In this document: positions 8,311 to 19,497 of the stretch, one piece after another
How the letters are laid out: every line of letters starts with the position of its first letter
How positions within the stretch are numbered: the first letter of the stretch is position 1
Assembly: GCA_031411295.1 (NCBI GenBank)
Contig: JANOAV010000008.1
Location: forward strand, 1 to 63,827
Length of the DNA stretch: 63,827 nt
Origin: Verrucomicrobiales bacterium
GTDB lineage: Bacteria; Verrucomicrobiota; Verrucomicrobiia; Verrucomicrobiales; V1-33
Reading direction: 5' to 3'
Made by a program: the position numbers and the translations under genes
The notes under the pieces: model-generated
The model's input: only the letters and a program-made list of their open reading frames with translations
The model's database searches: none
Told to the model about the DNA's origin: nothing

Positions 8311-10431
8311 TCATTTTTCGGCAAGCTTCATGCCCAACGATTGGACGAGGAACGCATATTTATCTGCGGTTTCGTCGATCTGCTTGGCGGTTGGTTTCCC
8401 GGCTCCATGGCCGGCCTTAAGATCGACCCGCAGGAGAATTGGTGCGGGGCCGGTTTGCATTTCCTGCAGGGTGGCGGCATACTTGAAACTATGGGCGGGG
8501 AACACCCGATCATCGTGATCCCCAGTTAAAATCATGGTCGGAGGATAGGACATCGCTTTTACGTTATGGATGGGGGACAGCTTCCGTAAATTCGCAAACG
8601 CGATGGGATCATCCGGGCTGCCATATTCATCCTGCCAAGCCCAGCCGATGGTGAACTTATGGAAGCGCAGCAAATCGTGCACCCCAACCGCTGGCAGCGC
8701 TGCGCCAAACAATTCTGGGCGCTGATTCAAGCAGGCCGCCACGAGTAACCCACCGTTGCTGCCGCCGGAAATAGCCAACTTGCTGGACACGGTATATTTC
8801 TCGGCAATCATCCATTCTGCGGCTGCGATGAAGTCGTCGAACACGTTTTGTTTCTTGAGCCGCCGCCCGGCATCATGCCACGCCTGGCCATATTCGGAAC
8901 CGCCCCGTAAATTGGCCTCCGCAAAGATCCCACCCAAGTCCATCCACGCGATGATGCTGGGACTGAACATGGGAGTGAGGGAAATATCGAAACCGCCATA
9001 ACCAGATAGGATCACCGGGTTACTGCCATCCCGCACCAACCCTTTGCGATGAACCAGAAACATCGGCACCTTGGTGCCATCCTTGCTGGGGTAGAACACT
9101 TGGGAGACTTCATAGTTCTCGGGATTGAATGCCACCTTGGCTCGTTCCGTTAGGGTGCTCACACCCGTTTTGATGTCATAGCGATAAATTTCCCCAGGGG
9201 TGGTGAAACCGGTGACAAAATAATGGGTCACGGTGTCCTTCTGATGTCCGCTGAATCCATGAGCGCTACCCAAGCTGGGTAGCTTGATTTCCCGTTCTTG
9301 CTGGCCCTCGCGATTATGCACGATCACTTGATCATGCGCATCCACTAGCCGGGTGACGATGAATTTGCCGCCCAGATAGCTTACTGCGCTCAGCTGGGAT
9401 TTTCCCTCCGGCAAGATTGTCTGCCAGTCGGCGGGCGCAGGTTTGGCTAAGTCCACCGCAATGAGCTTCTTATTCGGAGCATCCTTGGTCGTAGTTAGGA
9501 AAAACGTGCTCCCCTCACTGCCCTCGAAGGAGTAATCTGCATCGAAATCCTTGAACAATTCCACCACGGGCGCCTCCGGACCGGCCGCGAGATCCCGATA
9601 GAACAAGCCATTCTCTACCGCGGTGCCTTGGGACACGTGAATCACCAGATAGCGACCGTCCTCGGTCTCCCCCGCCCCGAAACCCCACTGGGGATGGTCC
9701 GGTCGCGCATAGATCAGCTGATCCTTCTCTTGCGCCTCACCCAAGCGATGCAGATAGACCTTCTGATGCTCGTTCTTCTGTTTCAATTCGGCACCCGCTT
9801 CGGGAGCGGCATAGCGACTGTAGTAGAGCGCGTTGCCCGCTTGATTCCATTGTGGTCGGCTGAATTTCACCCACTTCAATTCGTCCGGCAAATCCTTGCC
9901 CGTGGCCACCTCGCGCACTTTCCAGGTCGTCCAGTCTGATCCTGCTTGGGAGATACCATAAGCGATCAGTTTGCCATCGAGCGTGATGTCATATCCAGCC
10001 AAGGCAGCGGTGCCATCAGTTGCGAGGAGGTTCGGGTCCAGCAAGACTTGTTCCTTCGCGTCTGGGGTATCATCCTTCCAATAAAGCACACCTTGATTTT
10101 GCAGACCGGATTTCCGCGAGTAAAAGATCCGGCCGCCTTCCGTTTGCGGTAGCCCCAAGCGATCATAGTCCATCAGCTTGGTGAGCTGCGTAGCGATCTC
10201 CGCGCGATGCGGCAACGCCCCCAAGTAGCCACTGGTAAGCTTTGCTTGCGCCTCCACCCAGGTGCGGGTGGGAGCACTATCGATCTCCTCCAGCCCACGA
10301 TAGGGATCGGACACTTCCACACCATGAAGCATTTCTTTGCAGTCCGATTTCGGAGCAACGGGATAATTGAGAGTGGATTTGGCCATAAGCATCGGGGCCG
10401 ACAATAGGAGGGAGAGCAGGGAGATTTTCAC
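8311..10431 (-). CDS. Prolyl oligopeptidase (S9A)
   Basis: Signal peptide, DPYRGLE, GGSNGG nucleophile motif, DDRV, AGHG. Confidence 0.95.
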   Translation of the reverse strand: MKISLLSLLLSAPMLMAKSTLNYPVAPKSDCKEMLHGVEVSDPYRGLEEIDSAPTRTWVEAQAKLTSGYLGALPHRAEIATQLTKLMDYDRLGLPQTEGGRIFYSRKSGLQNQGVLYWKDDTPDAKEQVLLDPNLLATDGTAALAGYDITLDGKLIAYGISQAGSDWTTWKVREVATGKDLPDELKWVKFSRPQWNQAGNALYYSRYAAPEAGAELKQKNEHQKVYLHRLGEAQEKDQLIYARPDHPQWGFGAGETEDGRYLVIHVSQGTAVENGLFYRDLAAGPEAPVVELFKDFDADYSFEGSEGSTFFLTTTKDAPNKKLIAVDLAKPAPADWQTILPEGKSQLSAVSYLGGKFIVTRLVDAHDQVIVHNREGQQEREIKLPSLGSAHGFSGHQKDTVTHYFVTGFTTPGEIYRYDIKTGVSTLTERAKVAFNPENYEVSQVFYPSKDGTKVPMFLVHRKGLVRDGSNPVILSGYGGFDISLTPMFSPSIIAWMDLGGIFAEANLRGGSEYGQAWHDAGRRLKKQNVFDDFIAAAEWMIAEKYTVSSKLAISGGSNGGLLVAACLNQRPELFGAALPAVGVHDLLRFHKFTIGWAWQDEYGSPDDPIAFANLRKLSPIHNVKAMSYPPTMILTGDHDDRVFPAHSFKYAATLQEMQTGPAPILLRVDLKAGHGAGKPTAKQIDETADKYAFLVQSLGMKLAEK

Positions 10432-10503
10432 TCCACTACTGAGGCGCGCTTGATGGCAGTTTCAAGCCGCAAGATGTTTCAATTCGCCCCGCATCCGACT
10501 CCC

Positions 10504-12738
10504 CTACGGCAGCGGGAATTTGGTGTTCAGTTGGCGCACCTCCTGCCGGATCTCCTCCAACTTCGCGTCGTTCTCGTGGTTGGTCAGCGACGTGTGGATG
10601 AGATCGGCAATCAGCTTCATTTCCGCTTCCTTCATGCCACGTGTGGTGACTGCCGGCGTGCCAATTCGAATCCCGCTGGGGCGAATCGGCGGAGCGTTGT
10701 CGAACGGAATGGAGTTTTTGTTGATCGTGATACCGGATTTATCCAGACATTCACTAGCGATTTTCCCATTCAGCCCCTGCGGACGCAGATCGACCAGCAT
10801 GAGGTGATTGTCCGTGCCATCGGACGCCAGTTTGTAGCCGTGGTGCATCATTTGCGCAGCCAGAGCTTTGGCGTTCGCGACGACTTGCTTCTGATATTCT
10901 TTGAAGTCAGGACGCAGCGCCTCGCCAAAGCACACCGCTTTGGCCGCAATAACATGCATCAGCGGGCCACCTTGGTTGAACGGGAAGACCATGCTGTCGA
11001 TCTTCTTGGCATACTCTTCCTTGCAGAAAATGATGCCGCCCCGGGGGCCGCGCAGGCTCTTATGGGTGGTGCTGGTCACGAAGTCCGCGTGCTCCAACGG
11101 GGAGGGATGCACCCCGCCAGCGATGAGTCCAGCAATGTGCGCCATGTCCACGAAGAGATAGGCTCCCACGCTCTTCGCTATTTCTGCCATGCGTTTGAAA
11201 TCGATTTCCCGTGGGTAGGCCGAGGCCCCTGCCGTGATCATCTTGGGCTTGGTTTCCTCGGCTTGCTTCTGCAGCGCATCATAGTCGATGCGGCCCGTCG
11301 TTTCACCCACGCCGTAGTGGGTCACGTGGAAGAATTTACCGCTGAAGTTAGCTGGGTGCCCGTGGGTCAGGTGACCGCCGTGGGCCAGGTTCATGGTCAG
11401 AATTTTATCGCCATATTCCAACACGGAGAAATAAACCGCAGCATTGGCTTGCGAGCCCGAGTGCGGTTGGACATTGGCGTGAAAGGCTCCGGGAAAGAGT
11501 TCCTTGGCGCGATCAATCGCCAGTTGCTCCACCTTGTCCACTTCCTCGCAGCCGCCATACCAGCGCTTGCCGGGATAGCCCTCGGCATACTTGTTCGTTA
11601 GGACAGATCCCTGCGCCTCGCGCACGAAACGACTGGCGAAATTTTCCGAGGCGATCAATTCAATGTTATTCTGCTGCCGGAGCGCTTCATCATGAATGAT
11701 ATGAGCCACCGCCGGATCACTGGAGACCAGACCGTTCATCTTGTTAACCCGACGCTCATGCCGTCCGCCCTCGAAACCTGCGGCCAGGAAAGCATCCGTG
11801 ATCGCCAAGGCGGTGCCTTCGGCCAGCGTGGCTCCAGCCAGACAGAGGACGTTGGTGTTGTTATGCTGGCGGGTAAGGCTGGCGGTCTTCACGTCGGAAA
11901 CCAAGGCCGCCTGGATGCCTGGAAAACGGTTTGCCGCAATGCTCATGCCTACTCCCGTGGTGCAGATGAGGATGCCATCATCGGCCTGGGCATTCAGGAC
12001 GGCTTCACAGACGGGTTTTGCGAAATCAGGATAGTCCACGCTGTCAGCCGAGTTCGTTCCCACGTCGTGCACCGAGTGTCCGGCCTTGGTCAAGTGGGCC
12101 ACGATGGCTTGCTTGAGCTTGAACCCACCGTGATCTGCTCCGATCCAGAGGGACTTCTTGGCGGTGGCAGCGGCGGCGGGAGGAGTGGCAGGCGAGGCAG
12201 ACATGGATTTCGTTTTGTTGGTGGGGGATGGGGTCGTCGGGGGAGGTAAGGATTCGCTGGTTTTGGGACCAGCGGGTTTTGAGGTCTTGGAAATATAACC
12301 GAGCACACTGGGCAGGGCCAGTTTCATCAGATTACGGGTGGCCGCGTAGATGGATTTCGACATCCCGATGGGATCGGGGACATCCTCTCCGCGCAGGGCG
12401 TCGTCGGGGGAGAATTCGGTCAGCAAAAACACCTTGTCGCTGGCTTCGGGATACATCGCTTCGATCACACTGCGATGACCTTCGGTCATGACGAACAGAT
12501 GACTGGCGGATTTCACCAACTGCTTGCTGAGCTGTTGGCTGCGGAATTTTCCTAGGTCAATTCCCTCCTCTTTCAACACTGCAACCGTATGCGGACTGGC
12601 CTTCAGTCCATTGCCAGCATGGACCCCAGCGCTTTCCACTTTGAAATCCGCACGATCTTTCACCATGGCGCGGAACAGTCCCTCGGCCATGGGGCTACGG
12701 CAAATATTGCCAGTGCATACAAAAACAACGTGTTTCAA
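10504..12738 (-). CDS. glyA: Triple fusion: LMW protein phosphatase + ribose-5-phosphate isomerase B + serine hydroxymethyltransferase
   Basis: One open frame: VCTGNICRS...DPIG (LMW-PTP); P/T/S/A linker; [25 protein letters not shown] (RpiB); [27 protein letters not shown] (SHMT); TTG start. Confidence 0.93.
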   Translation of the reverse strand: MKHVVFVCTGNICRSPMAEGLFRAMVKDRADFKVESAGVHAGNGLKASPHTVAVLKEEGIDLGKFRSQQLSKQLVKSASHLFVMTEGHRSVIEAMYPEASDKVFLLTEFSPDDALRGEDVPDPIGMSKSIYAATRNLMKLALPSVLGYISKTSKPAGPKTSESLPPPTTPSPTNKTKSMSASPATPPAAAATAKKSLWIGADHGGFKLKQAIVAHLTKAGHSVHDVGTNSADSVDYPDFAKPVCEAVLNAQADDGILICTTGVGMSIAANRFPGIQAALVSDVKTASLTRQHNNTNVLCLAGATLAEGTALAITDAFLAAGFEGGRHERRVNKMNGLVSSDPAVAHIIHDEALRQQNNIELIASENFASRFVREAQGSVLTNKYAEGYPGKRWYGGCEEVDKVEQLAIDRAKELFPGAFHANVQPHSGSQANAAVYFSVLEYGDKILTMNLAHGGHLTHGHPANFSGKFFHVTHYGVGETTGRIDYDALQKQAEETKPKMITAGASAYPREIDFKRMAEIAKSVGAYLFVDMAHIAGLIAGGVHPSPLEHADFVTSTTHKSLRGPRGGIIFCKEEYAKKIDSMVFPFNQGGPLMHVIAAKAVCFGEALRPDFKEYQKQVVANAKALAAQMMHHGYKLASDGTDNHLMLVDLRPQGLNGKIASECLDKSGITINKNSIPFDNAPPIRPSGIRIGTPAVTTRGMKEAEMKLIADLIHTSLTNHENDAKLEEIRQEVRQLNTKFPLP

Positions 12739-12992
12739 ACTAGTGCGGCGGTTGATAAGGTCAACGCGGGTGAAGCATCATGGGACGCACTTTTTCCCAC
12801 GTGTCAAGCACAGGGGGGAAGATTCAGGGCTGGGGCGGCTTGGCTCGACCGAATTGGTGAGGGGTAACACTTAAAATAATCTTGCAGCGCAACCCGAGTT
12901 GGTCAAGCTTACCTCTTATTGCATCTGTCTTGAGAGGTAGGTGCTTGCAGGCGTGGCACACTTCAACTTTCCGATGCCAGGCACGACGACTT

Positions 12993-13886
12993 ATGAAACA
13001 ACCATTTTTATCACGAACCGCAACGATCAGCTGTTGGATCCGCTTTTCCTCGGTTCTGGCTTTCATTTTTGGGCAATCATCGTTAACTGCGCAAACCATC
13101 GATTTCGAAACCTTGCCAAATGGCTCGCCCATGTCGGTCGCCACCGTGGTTTCCGATCAATTCAAGGTTGCCCCATTCGGAGTTAGTTTTCGATTCACCG
13201 ATGGTTCCTTCCCAGTCATCCGAAAAGTTGGTGGGTTCAATTCATCCACCGGAAAGCCGTCTGCATTTTATGGGTGGCCGAATGGCACAGGAAACAATAC
13301 ACCAGCGCCGGGTCAAAATGTTGGCAAGTTTTTTTTGACCGATGACAGGTCTGTAAACGATCCCCCGCCACCGCTTGTGGTTACCTATGAGCAGGCGGTC
13401 GCAGCAGCTAGCGCGTTCATCCTCGACATAGATGGAAATGAGGCTTGGGACGTTTACGCGCGCAATTCGGATGGGCAAGTAATTGCGCAAGTCCATTTAG
13501 AGCACGACACTCCCGGAACCGGGGATGGGATCGCGACACCTTGGTCATTTTCCCGTCCCTCGGCAGACATCAAATCGATACGAATTGTTTATTCGGGAAA
13601 CCCAAATGCAAATGTTGGCTTGGCCTTCGACAATTTCTCTCCATCGACCCCGCTCACACCTTCAGGCTTGGCAAAAGTAGCAATCAACACCACAAATGGC
13701 ACTGTGACGCTCGGAATCACGGGAACCACTAGCGCTCTTTATTACATTGAAGCAGCTACCAGCCTGGAGGGGCCTTGGCAAGTTATCACTAGCATTGTTT
13801 TCCCTGCCGACTCTTCGGAAATTGTGTTGACCGATATCGAACCGTTGTCCGCGCGGCGCTTTTACCGCGTCCGAGGGGCCCCCTAA
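12993..13886 (+). CDS. Secreted hypothetical protein with a verrucomicrobial-type C-terminal domain
   Basis: Signal peptide ending LTAQ; C-terminus YYIEAATSLEGPW...RRFYRVR. Confidence 0.75.
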   Translation: MKQPFLSRTATISCWIRFSSVLAFIFGQSSLTAQTIDFETLPNGSPMSVATVVSDQFKVAPFGVSFRFTDGSFPVIRKVGGFNSSTGKPSAFYGWPNGTGNNTPAPGQNVGKFFLTDDRSVNDPPPPLVVTYEQAVAAASAFILDIDGNEAWDVYARNSDGQVIAQVHLEHDTPGTGDGIATPWSFSRPSADIKSIRIVYSGNPNANVGLAFDNFSPSTPLTPSGLAKVAINTTNGTVTLGITGTTSALYYIEAATSLEGPWQVITSIVFPADSSEIVLTDIEPLSARRFYRVRGAP

Positions 13887-14038
13887 TAGTGTTCCACCTC
13901 TCAAACGAATCGATATACCATCCCCCAGTGAGAACGTCGGCTACTTTAGCAAAATGAAGGAGCGGTGATTCTGGGCAGTCAAGATTGCCTTTGATGCAGC
14001 ACCTAGGGCTAGGTGATTGACTAGGGGCCATAGACTCA

Positions 14039-15409
14039 CTACTCCGGCAGCGGTTGATCCTTGGTCTCAGGTGCCCAGAACAACGTGATCAGACCAACCA
14101 GGAAGATGGCGCACATGGTCATGGCCGCATAACGCGCAGGCAGCGAGGCATCCTCGGCTTTATATTGCACGTAAACCACCTGAGTGAGCGTGGCCGAAAA
14201 GAAACTACCCGCTGCTGCACCAAAGCGGCCCAGATTATAACAGAAGCTCGTGCCCGTGCTCCGCAGTTTGCTCGGGAAGAGTTCAGGAAGATAAATCGCG
14301 AAACCAGCAAACACACTGAGTTGCGCCATCCCCATGAGGAACATCATCCAACGCGCCTCATACGGAGAGGACATCTTCCAATAGACCAGGAAAGTGACCA
14401 CCAAAGCGGCCGAGAAGCCCAAGGCAAAAGCCAATTTCCGACCCAGCTTGGCAATCCTCGTAAATAGCGTCATCCCCACCGCCGCGCCCAGCATGTTCCA
14501 AAGATAGGCCACCGAAATCTGCCAAGTTACCGCTGCATCAATGTCAGTTTTGGCCATGCCTTCTTTTTCAAAATACTGCCGAAAGACCGTCTTTTGCAGA
14601 TCCACGGCGTATTCCCCGATCGCCCATAACCCGATTACGCCAGTGCCGGCAATCAACGAGCCAATGATTAAGTTTTTGCGCCAGCGCGCCTCGGCCAGAA
14701 GGTTGGCATAGGGCTCAAAGAGGCTCCCTTTGGGCAATTTCCCTTCATCCTTAAGTTTTTGCCACGGAGCGGGCTCTTTTAGGTAGCCGCGGGTAAAAAC
14801 AATCAGCACCGCAGGAAATGCCCCCACCAGAAACATCCAACGCCAGCCGGTGTGCTCTGCGATCGTTCCATTTTTCTCCAAAGCTCCGATCCCCATGTTC
14901 ACAAATCCAGCCGAAATGTTGCCCACGGTGGAGAGAATTTGCAGTAATCCCAGGGATTGAGCCCGCGCCTGGCTGGGCACGGTCTCTGCGATGAGGGCCA
15001 CGGCCAAACCGAATACCCCGCCGACTCCAAGTCCCGTGAGGAACCGGAAGATCGCAAAATCAATTTTGTTGTGGCTGAAGAAGCTCAGTCCGGTAAAGGC
15101 CGAGTAGATCAAAATCGTTAGCGTCAACATTTTCGCCCGACCATATTTATCCCCCAGTGCTCCAAAGATCAGCCCGCCGATGCCCCAACCAATCAGAAAG
15201 CACGCGGTAACGATTTTACCATACCCCTGCAAGCCGGGATCACTGGCGGGAAGTTTCATCAAGTCCACCAAAGCTGGGATCCGGGCCAGCGAAAACAACC
15301 GTTGATCCAAGCAATCGAAGAACCAAGCCGCTGAGGCCACCAACAGCACAAACCAATGATAACCCGTCAAATGTTTATACCAGGGAGCCGAAGAAGAGAC
15401 GTCAGACAT
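14039..15409 (-). CDS. MFS transporter
   Basis: ~12 TM segments, GALGDKYGR motif A, YLPELFPSKLRSTG. Confidence 0.93.
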   Translation of the reverse strand: MSDVSSSAPWYKHLTGYHWFVLLVASAAWFFDCLDQRLFSLARIPALVDLMKLPASDPGLQGYGKIVTACFLIGWGIGGLIFGALGDKYGRAKMLTLTILIYSAFTGLSFFSHNKIDFAIFRFLTGLGVGGVFGLAVALIAETVPSQARAQSLGLLQILSTVGNISAGFVNMGIGALEKNGTIAEHTGWRWMFLVGAFPAVLIVFTRGYLKEPAPWQKLKDEGKLPKGSLFEPYANLLAEARWRKNLIIGSLIAGTGVIGLWAIGEYAVDLQKTVFRQYFEKEGMAKTDIDAAVTWQISVAYLWNMLGAAVGMTLFTRIAKLGRKLAFALGFSAALVVTFLVYWKMSSPYEARWMMFLMGMAQLSVFAGFAIYLPELFPSKLRSTGTSFCYNLGRFGAAAGSFFSATLTQVVYVQYKAEDASLPARYAAMTMCAIFLVGLITLFWAPETKDQPLPE

Positions 15410-15653
15410 GTGAGAAATTTAGGTGATTTGGAAGTTGGAAATGCAGCAGCGCCCAGTAACAGCCCAACCGACTCCATTTGCCAAGAGTAAAAATCACAAA
15501 ATGACGGGATCGACAAAGCGCCAACCGGGTTGGCGCCCCATGCTTTACCTCCTTTTCCTCCCCCAAGCTGAACCTCGGTTGGTTTAAGAAAAAATGTGAT
15601 CCCTACCAAATTCCACTGGCAAAGCACCGAATGTCATTATAATTCATTAATTC

Positions 15654-16037
15654 ATGAAATTATCCTTCTCGACGTCCCTCCACCACTCGAAAATTGCCTG
15701 CTTGGGAGTTGCCATGCTCGGCTGCCTGCCGCTCACTTCCTGCTCTGAAAACCGCCGCTTGGCGGCTGAGTTAAAAGAACTTAAGACGGACCAAGTGGAG
15801 TTGACCACGGAATCAACCGCCATTAACTCACAGGCTGCGGACAGCTATCGAAAGATGCATGAGCTGGAAAAAAGTCAGCAGGGGGACGACCGTGCAGTGG
15901 CGGACGCCGAAGCGAAGGCTGAAGTGCTCCGAAAGCGTATTGCTTATTTGCAGTCTGCCGTCAAAGCGGCCAATGAGCAGAGCGATAAACTCAATACCCA
16001 AACCACCCAATACCGCGTCAAATACCTTGGCAACTAG
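15654..16037 (+). CDS. Coiled-coil lipoprotein
   Basis: Lipobox LTSC followed by a heptad-rich helix. Confidence 0.7.
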   Translation: MKLSFSTSLHHSKIACLGVAMLGCLPLTSCSENRRLAAELKELKTDQVELTTESTAINSQAADSYRKMHELEKSQQGDDRAVADAEAKAEVLRKRIAYLQSAVKAANEQSDKLNTQTTQYRVKYLGN

Positions 16038-16050
16038 CCCTTAGCTGAAT

Positions 16051-16992
16051 ATGGAATCAAAATCACTTATTTTCGGTATCGTGGGCTTGGTGATCGCTGG
16101 TGGCGCAGCCGTCGTTGTCTCAAGCTTTCAACTTGAATCCCTTAAAGCGGAAGTCAGGTTCAAGCAGGCAGAGGTGGCCGCCGCCCGGCAAGGCATTGCC
16201 CTCGCCAAAGATACTTTGGGCAAAAACACCGCCAAGATGGATGTGTTACGGGCTTCCTCTGGCAGAATCGCCAATGCCGAGCGTGTCACCGAGGGGTTCA
16301 CAGCCGAACTCGCCAAGCAGACGAAAATGCTCGAATCAGCCAAAGCAAAATGGGAGGTGAACGTCCAGATGATGCAGGAGGCCGTGGAGCAGGCCCGGCT
16401 CGCGTTTCGGAACACCGTGATCCCCGAACTGCCGCTTAAGAATGGTGAGTCCCTGAAGGATTGCAAATTTACCGGACTCAAAGACAACAACGCCCTGTTT
16501 CAACACAACACGGGAACAGCCCGACTTACCTCCGCCCAGTTGCCGCCGCCAATCGCGGATCGTTTGCGGATGGACCTGAAACTCACCTTGGAACTGCCAC
16601 CTGACCCGGATGTCGTCCAACCGTTGCCGGAGACGTCCGTGGCTGGAACGCCAGCAACCACGACTAATGCAGCGCCAGTTGAAGAAACTCCGCCTGATCC
16701 AGTCCCCTCGGCCCCACCCACCGGTCTGACCAACGATGCCAAGTATGCACGGCAAACAGAGATCAATAACCTGAAGACCCAAATAGCCACTGCAAAGGCG
16801 CAACGCCTTGCCTTCATCAAAGCAGCCCAAGAGGCCGATGATAAATTCTACTCGGCCCGGATCCAAGGGCGCAGCTCCAGCCAGTCCGCGATCCGCGATA
16901 AAGCTCAAGCCTCCGCAGTGGCGTTGCAGAGCCAGATCGATGCCGCACAAGCTAAAATCCGGCAGTTGGAATTGGAGCTTTCAGCCCCATGA
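16051..16992 (+). CDS. Membrane-anchored coiled-coil hypothetical protein
   Basis: N-terminal TM helix, coiled coil, small globular domain, Pro/Thr linker, second coiled coil. Confidence 0.75.
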   Translation: MESKSLIFGIVGLVIAGGAAVVVSSFQLESLKAEVRFKQAEVAAARQGIALAKDTLGKNTAKMDVLRASSGRIANAERVTEGFTAELAKQTKMLESAKAKWEVNVQMMQEAVEQARLAFRNTVIPELPLKNGESLKDCKFTGLKDNNALFQHNTGTARLTSAQLPPPIADRLRMDLKLTLELPPDPDVVQPLPETSVAGTPATTTNAAPVEETPPDPVPSAPPTGLTNDAKYARQTEINNLKTQIATAKAQRLAFIKAAQEADDKFYSARIQGRSSSQSAIRDKAQASAVALQSQIDAAQAKIRQLELELSAP

Positions 16993-17040
16993 ACTGGCTG
17001 TTGCCACGGGTGAGTCCTGGACATTGAATCGAGCCTCCTA

Positions 17041-17439
17041 ATGCTCCTGAAGCAATGTCGGATCAACCAGCGGCGTGTCCTTGTAACCCTGGGCATGCTG
17101 CTACTTTTCTGGTGGTCTTATTTGCGACACGGCGTGCCCAGCTTTAACCCATGGATCACCTGGACTGAAGGTGGCGCACCTAGGTCTGTGACATTCCAGA
17201 TTTCCCATCAAGGCCAAGCCGTGGTCGGCTTAGAGGTCGAGGTGGAGAGTCAATCCGGAACGTCAGGCGCGCAAATAACCAACGAACTTGGGATCGCCAC
17301 TTTTCTCCATCAAGGCGAGGACGAGGTCATTGGCATTCATCTGAACCACGAGCGAATCCCCCTGCGGCCACTTCCTCTGGGGGAGACGTGGTTCTGGCCA
17401 TCGTGTCGGGAGGGGCTTGTTTTTAGCGTCTCGATTTGA
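17041..17439 (+). CDS. Hypothetical membrane-anchored protein
   Basis: ATG start, N-terminal TM helix, fills the intergenic gap. Confidence 0.5.
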   Translation: MLLKQCRINQRRVLVTLGMLLLFWWSYLRHGVPSFNPWITWTEGGAPRSVTFQISHQGQAVVGLEVEVESQSGTSGAQITNELGIATFLHQGEDEVIGIHLNHERIPLRPLPLGETWFWPSCREGLVFSVSI

Positions 17440-17514
17440 GGTGCCAACAATCCCCTGTGGGTTCAATGACCGATGGGTGCAGCAGTCCAGCGGACTGCTG
17501 CCACACTCGGTCGG

Positions 17515-19335
17515 CTAGAGGGCGGAGGGGACGAAGCCTTTGGCGGCTTCGGCTACGCCGGCACTGGTGGTGATGATGTCCTTGTAAGTCATGCCACCGG
17601 GAATCATGGGGAGCACGTGCTCTGTGTAAGGCACCATGACGTTGAGGACGTATGGCGTCTTGGCGGCCAGCATCCGGGTGATCGCAGGAACCACTTCGGA
17701 TTTCTCCGTGACGTGCTCGCAGGGAACTTCGAAGGATTCGCACATCTTGACATAGTTCGGGTAGATGTCGGATGGCGTGTCCAACTTGCCAAGGAACGTG
17801 TGCGCGCGATTGGATTGGTATTTCAAATCTTCCCACTGCACCACCATGCCGAGGTGTTGATTGTTCAAGATAATGCACTTGATCGCGATGCCTTCAGCCA
17901 CCGCGGTCGCCAACTCTTGGATATTCATCAGCACGGAACCGTCGCCATCGATGTCCACGACTTCCTTATCCGGAAACGCCACCTTGCAGCCGAGCGCGGC
18001 CGCCAAGCCATAACCCATGGAACCAAGTCCCAGACTGCTCACGAAGCGACGTGGCTTATCGAAATGATAGTATTGCGCGGCCCACATTTGGTGCTGGCCC
18101 ACGCCCGTCGTCATGATGATCTCCCCCTTGCTCACTTCGTAGAGTTTCTCGATCACGTATTGCGGGGCAATGGCGTTCGGGTAGTCTTCGTAGGTCATCG
18201 GGGAATCCTGCTTCCACGTTTGGATTTGCGCATGCCATTCCTTGCGGAGGGTGAAGTCTTTGCTAACGCGCTTCTGCCCGGCGGCTTCCAGCAGTTGATT
18301 CAAGCGGGCCAGGGCATCCTTGACGTTGGCTTGGATCGGCAGGCGAACGTGCTTGTTCTTGTTGATCTCAGCGTTGTCGATGTCGATGTGGATGATGGTG
18401 CCGTGCTCACAGAATTTCTCGACCTTGCCGGTCACACGGTCATCGAAACGCACGCCGAACGCCAGGAGCAGATCCGCTTCATTGGCGGCATTATTTGCCG
18501 TTACGGAACCATGCATGCCCAGCCACTTCAGAGACAGCGGGTGGGTCTCGGGGAATGCGCCCACGCCCATGAGAGTAGTGGTGCACGGGATCTGGGCGCG
18601 CTCGGCAAACTCCAGCAGTTCCGCAGAGGCTTCGGCGGAAATGATGCCGCCACCGCAGTAAAGGACCGGGCGTTGGGCGCTCAGGATCAAGGTCAAGGCT
18701 TCCTGAATGGCTGCTTCATCCAGCGGCAGAATTGGGTTGTAGCCGCGGAGTTCGATCTTATCTGGGAAGACCGGTTGAATGCGCTTTTCCTGAACATCTT
18801 TCGGCATATCAATCACCACCGGACCGGGACGGCCAGTCTGGGCGATGTAAAATGCTTCTTTGACGATACGGGGAATGTCCATCGGATCCGTCACCAAATA
18901 ACTGTGCTTCACGATGGGCAGCGTCACCCCAAAAAAGTCCGTTTCCTGAAACGCTCCCCGACCAATCATGAACGTTGGCACCTGTCCCGTGATCACCACC
19001 AGCGGAGTGGAGTCCAGGTAGGCATCGGCAATCGGGGTCACAATGTTGGTGGCACCAGGACCGGATGTGCCCATGCAAACGCCGGCTTTGCCAGTCACGC
19101 GGGCGTAGCCTTCAGCAGCAAAGCCGCCGCCTTGTTCATGACGCGGTAAAATGGTGCGGATCTGTTTGGAACCCGTCAATGCTTGGTGGATGGGCATCGA
19201 AGCGCCACCAGGATAGGCAAAGATGGTGTCCACGCCTTCCAACTCCATGCAGCGGACGAGAACCTCAGCCCCAGTCATCAAAGGAGTGATCGGAGTGGCG
19301 GACGCTTTCGGGGCGGTAGATGGATTCGTGCTCAT
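17515..19335 (-). CDS. ilvB: Acetolactate synthase large subunit, biosynthetic type
   Basis: [21 protein letters not shown]...NN TPP-binding motif; start set at MSTNP. Confidence 0.95.
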   Translation of the reverse strand: MSTNPSTAPKASATPITPLMTGAEVLVRCMELEGVDTIFAYPGGASMPIHQALTGSKQIRTILPRHEQGGGFAAEGYARVTGKAGVCMGTSGPGATNIVTPIADAYLDSTPLVVITGQVPTFMIGRGAFQETDFFGVTLPIVKHSYLVTDPMDIPRIVKEAFYIAQTGRPGPVVIDMPKDVQEKRIQPVFPDKIELRGYNPILPLDEAAIQEALTLILSAQRPVLYCGGGIISAEASAELLEFAERAQIPCTTTLMGVGAFPETHPLSLKWLGMHGSVTANNAANEADLLLAFGVRFDDRVTGKVEKFCEHGTIIHIDIDNAEINKNKHVRLPIQANVKDALARLNQLLEAAGQKRVSKDFTLRKEWHAQIQTWKQDSPMTYEDYPNAIAPQYVIEKLYEVSKGEIIMTTGVGQHQMWAAQYYHFDKPRRFVSSLGLGSMGYGLAAALGCKVAFPDKEVVDIDGDGSVLMNIQELATAVAEGIAIKCIILNNQHLGMVVQWEDLKYQSNRAHTFLGKLDTPSDIYPNYVKMCESFEVPCEHVTEKSEVVPAITRMLAAKTPYVLNVMVPYTEHVLPMIPGGMTYKDIITTSAGVAEAAKGFVPSAL

Positions 19336-19461
19336 AGTCAGGATTTTAAGAATTGGAAAATGGACGCACAGACTAGGCAGGTTTCTGCGCCAGCGCAAAT
19401 GAGATTCGTGGGAAAGAAACTCCCGGGGTCGCGAAATGAGTTCACACGGGACTCCATTGGG

Positions 19462-19490
19462 TTGCTTTTGGGCACCATTACCGCTAGATT
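19462..19490 (+). promoter_or_regulatory. Sigma70-like promoter
   Basis: TTGCTT-17 nt-TAGATT, 7 nt before ATG 19498. Confidence 0.45.
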
Positions 19491-19497
19491 CCGCCTC

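Noticed and set aside
10450..11601. 383-aa plus-strand ORF
   Set aside because: Antisense shadow of the glyA domain with no recognisable motifs
17473..19149. 558-aa plus-strand ORF
   Set aside because: Antisense shadow of ilvB, as expected from codon bias in GC-rich DNA
19336..19497. Possible ilvB attenuator leader peptide
   Set aside because: No short Leu/Ile/Val-rich ORF or terminator hairpin found on the minus strand
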